64,000 bases of DNA, from NCBI GenBank assembly GCA_950097015.1, contig CATNEN010000038.1, positions 14,818,001 through 14,882,000 of the forward strand, read 5' to 3'. Below the pieces are notes generated by a model. The model made no database searches. It was not told the origin of the DNA and saw nothing but the letters and a program-made list of their open reading frames with translations. Source of the stretch: Macrostomum hystrix. Taxonomy: Eukaryota > Animalia > Platyhelminthes. Within the stretch, counting starts at the first letter, position 1, and each line of letters opens with the position of its first letter. The position numbers and the translations under genes were made by a program. Shown one piece after another: positions 61,601 to 64,000 of this stretch.

Positions 61601-62170
61601 ATCAATCCGACACTAACTCTAGGCAATTCAATTTATCTTAAACTTTTCAAATTCAGGTACGACGTTGGCGGCATTGTAGCCGGCATTTTGTGCGGCCTGC
61701 TCAGCGACCTGATGTGGTCCCGCTCTCCGCTGCTCTGCCTATTCCTCCTATTGGCTATGCCGGCACTCCTAGCCTACAATTGGTCGCCGGAGGATCGGGT
61801 TGTAAACGCCGTCCTGATGGCCATCGCCGGCTTCTTTGTCGGCGGCCCGGCTAACATCATCAGCTCGGCCACTTGCGCCGATCTTGGCAGGCGTCCGGAA
61901 TTGCGCGGCAACGCCGAGGCCCTGGCAACCGTTACTGGGATAGTCGACGGCACTGGTTCGCTGGGCGCCGCTCTGGGACAATTGGCCATACCGGCCCTGC
62001 AAACTGCCTACGGCTGGGGCTGGGTGTTCTACCTGTTTGTGCTCATGATCGGCTTGTCTCTGCTCTGCGTTCTGCCTGTGCTGGTGCGTGATGTGCAGCG
62101 CAGATTCTTTAGTGGGCCGGATAATATTCACGGCCAAGTCCAGCAGCAGCAGCAGGATGTGCTCTCATGA
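58607..62170 (+). CDS. SLC37A3: Sugar-phosphate exchanger SLC37A3-like; exons 58607-58923, 59997-60671, 61657-62170
   Basis: FFHASRKA, NGLFQSVGWPCCVA, GVWSSCASVGNIIG, CLKLVNYAFFFWLP, YDVGGI, ALATVTGIVDGTGSLGAALGQ; splice phases compatible. Confidence 0.93.
58950..59262. repeat. 42-bp intronic minisatellite
   Basis: ctacctgtctactagtctgttcttcctgcctgcttttctgtt tandem. Confidence 0.9.
59440..59965. repeat. 20-bp intronic minisatellite (tacctatcaatctacctgta variants)
   Basis: Tandem array. Confidence 0.9.
60755..61128. repeat. 20-bp G-rich intronic minisatellite (gactagggaggtaggtgggt)
   Basis: Tandem array; related degenerate copies at ~62480-62660. Confidence 0.9.
61130..61478 (+). mobile_element. 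SINE family B, diverged copy
   Basis: ggccaacctccaaggca..gatgtacacacctgtg..gtcaccaaatgatg..attattattat. Confidence 0.75.
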
Positions 62171-63102
62171 ACGAGAACAGAAATATAATCTTCCTCAAGA
62201 AAACTATTTTTTCATTATTCATTATTATTTTTTTACCATATTCCGCTACAACAATCTCTGTCGCATTTCGCCGAAAATTAATAACTTTGCATCTAAACAA
62301 TGATTCGTTTTCGTTAAATTTCAGTTCGACTCGTCTTTTGCTGCACAGTATCACATTTACTCGCCTCTTTCTTGCAGTCGCGAACCAATTTCGGTGCTTA
62401 ATTCTATTTTTGTGGAAGGAATTTTATTCTGATTTTTTGTGAGAAGAACTTCACGGGATGTAAAAAGGGCTTCCTTTTCTCTAGGGAGTGATGTTGATGA
62501 GGTGGGTGGGTGAGGTGGGTGACTCGAGGGAGTGAGATGGTTGACGTTATTGAGTGAGGTGGTTGACGCGAGGGAGTGAGGTGGTTGAAGTTAGGGAGTG
62601 AGGTGGTTGACGCGAGGGAGTGCGGAGGTTGGCTAGGGAGTGAGGTGGGGGACGCTGGATAGAGAGGTTCTATACGATAAAAGAAAAAATGTCTTCAATC
62701 CACAAAATCAACTCTTAACGCTTCTATTATGATTAGATTAGAACTAAAGTAAGTTTAGAAGGTAATTTATTATCTTCCGGACTTGTTGTTACATTTTTAA
62801 TAATTATTCTATCCTAATTTTTGCTAATAAGCTATTTTTATCGATACAGTTCATCTGTCTACTTATTTTGGTGCAACATACATTTTATTCTAATCTGTTC
62901 AGTAATTGATTCTAGTCAGTGTTCTCATGTTACGAGTGACAAGTTGATCAGCCCTCATAATTGCTTAGAAAATTCAGCAATAAATGTAAAACATGCGTGT
63001 CAACTTTTTCAACCAGATTTTTTAAAATTAAAAATAGAAACTGCCGTATGATATTCTTCTTCTTTTTTTCTTCCTAAAGTTATCGCAATCTTATCAGCAC
63101 TA

Positions 63103-63356
63103 CTTGCTGCGATTCCATTCGCGGATCTTGCTGCGATTCCATTCGCGGATCTTGCTGCGATTCCATTCGCGTATCTTGCTGCGATTCCATTCGCGGATCT
63201 TGCTGCGATTCCATTCGCGGATCTTGCTGCGATTCCATTCGTGAATCTTGCTGCGATTCCATTCGCGGATCTTGCTGCGATTCCATTCGCGGATCTTGCT
63301 GCGATTCCATTCGCGGATCTTGCTGCGATTCCATTCGTGAATCTTGCTGCGATTCT
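63103..63356. repeat. 24-bp minisatellite (gcggatcttgctgcgattccattc), ~10 copies
   Basis: Tandem array. Confidence 0.93.
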
Positions 63357-64000
63357 ATCGATCTGTAGTTTCTGCTGCGGTTCTATCTATGTGCGGTTCC
63401 TGCTGCGGTTCTATCGCTTGTGTTACTTTCTGCAATTCTATCAATCTGCGATTCTATTCGCCGATTTTGCCGCGCTTCTACATTTGGCCTCTGCAAAACT
63501 TAAGGAGAAATTACACACGGTGACTCTATTCCTTTAAAAGGTGCAACTTTTATTATAAGTAGCTGCTCATTCATGATAAATATTATATTTTAAAGCGAAG
63601 TGTTAGCGTGTTTCGGCGTGCAAATAAATCAATACATTAAATCAGTTTATCAGAAAAGGGAAGCAAAGGTTAATTTAAAGCGCGAGAAATACAACAAAAA
63701 AAATTTTTTGTCTACGGTAAAAACTAATTAAGGAAAAATTACACTTTAAATGGCGCGTTTGTCAAAATAATTATGCGGTGCATTTAATTTATGCAGGCGT
63801 TTCTTTAACTGTTTCCAACGCACTACATTTTACATGAAAATTAGTGTACGAGCATTAGTGCTTTGTTATAAATATATTGCGTACTTATCAAGCAATTTAT
63901 GCATGCAGATACAATTAATTACCAAAGAGATGTTCTTGAAGCATTCAGAATTTGTTTAAAAAAGAAAAAATTAAAACAAACATTTTAGTCAAACGAACAA

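Noticed and set aside
63080-63537. MESQQDPR repeat protein
   Set aside because: 24-bp minisatellite with no other coding evidence

Overview
Eukaryotic (metazoan) genomic DNA. Intron-rich host genes, intronic minisatellites and acceptor sites just before several start codons resemble a free-living flatworm such as Macrostomum; this is inference, not verified. Host genes on the minus strand: a PAGR1-like poly-Q gene, a G-protein gamma subunit, GLOD4 and DNAJC10/ERdj5. On the plus strand: MFSD1 and SLC37A3. The main feature is an apparently intact 17,867-bp Polinton/Maverick (adintovirus-like endogenous virus) at 33010-50876, with AGTAGT...ACTACT termini, long TIRs and a perfect 6-bp TCCCTG TSD. 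It encodes protease, major and minor capsid, integrase+chromodomain, packaging ATPase, PLA2, dUTPase and pPolB. It also carries unusual cargo: a divergent TBP-like protein, a spliced SSB-like protein and a spliced membrane protein ending in a PDZ-binding motif. A TATAAG hexamer lies 42, 42, 43 and 62 nt upstream of four virion-gene starts. Together with the TBP-like gene, this suggests an element-encoded late-transcription system. Also present: a decayed Helitron PIF1 helicase, a 3.7-kb long-TIR DNA transposon carrying a LINE fragment, MITEs (one family inserted twice, in opposite orientations, at the same site of a tRNA-SINE), three SINE families and many tandem repeats.
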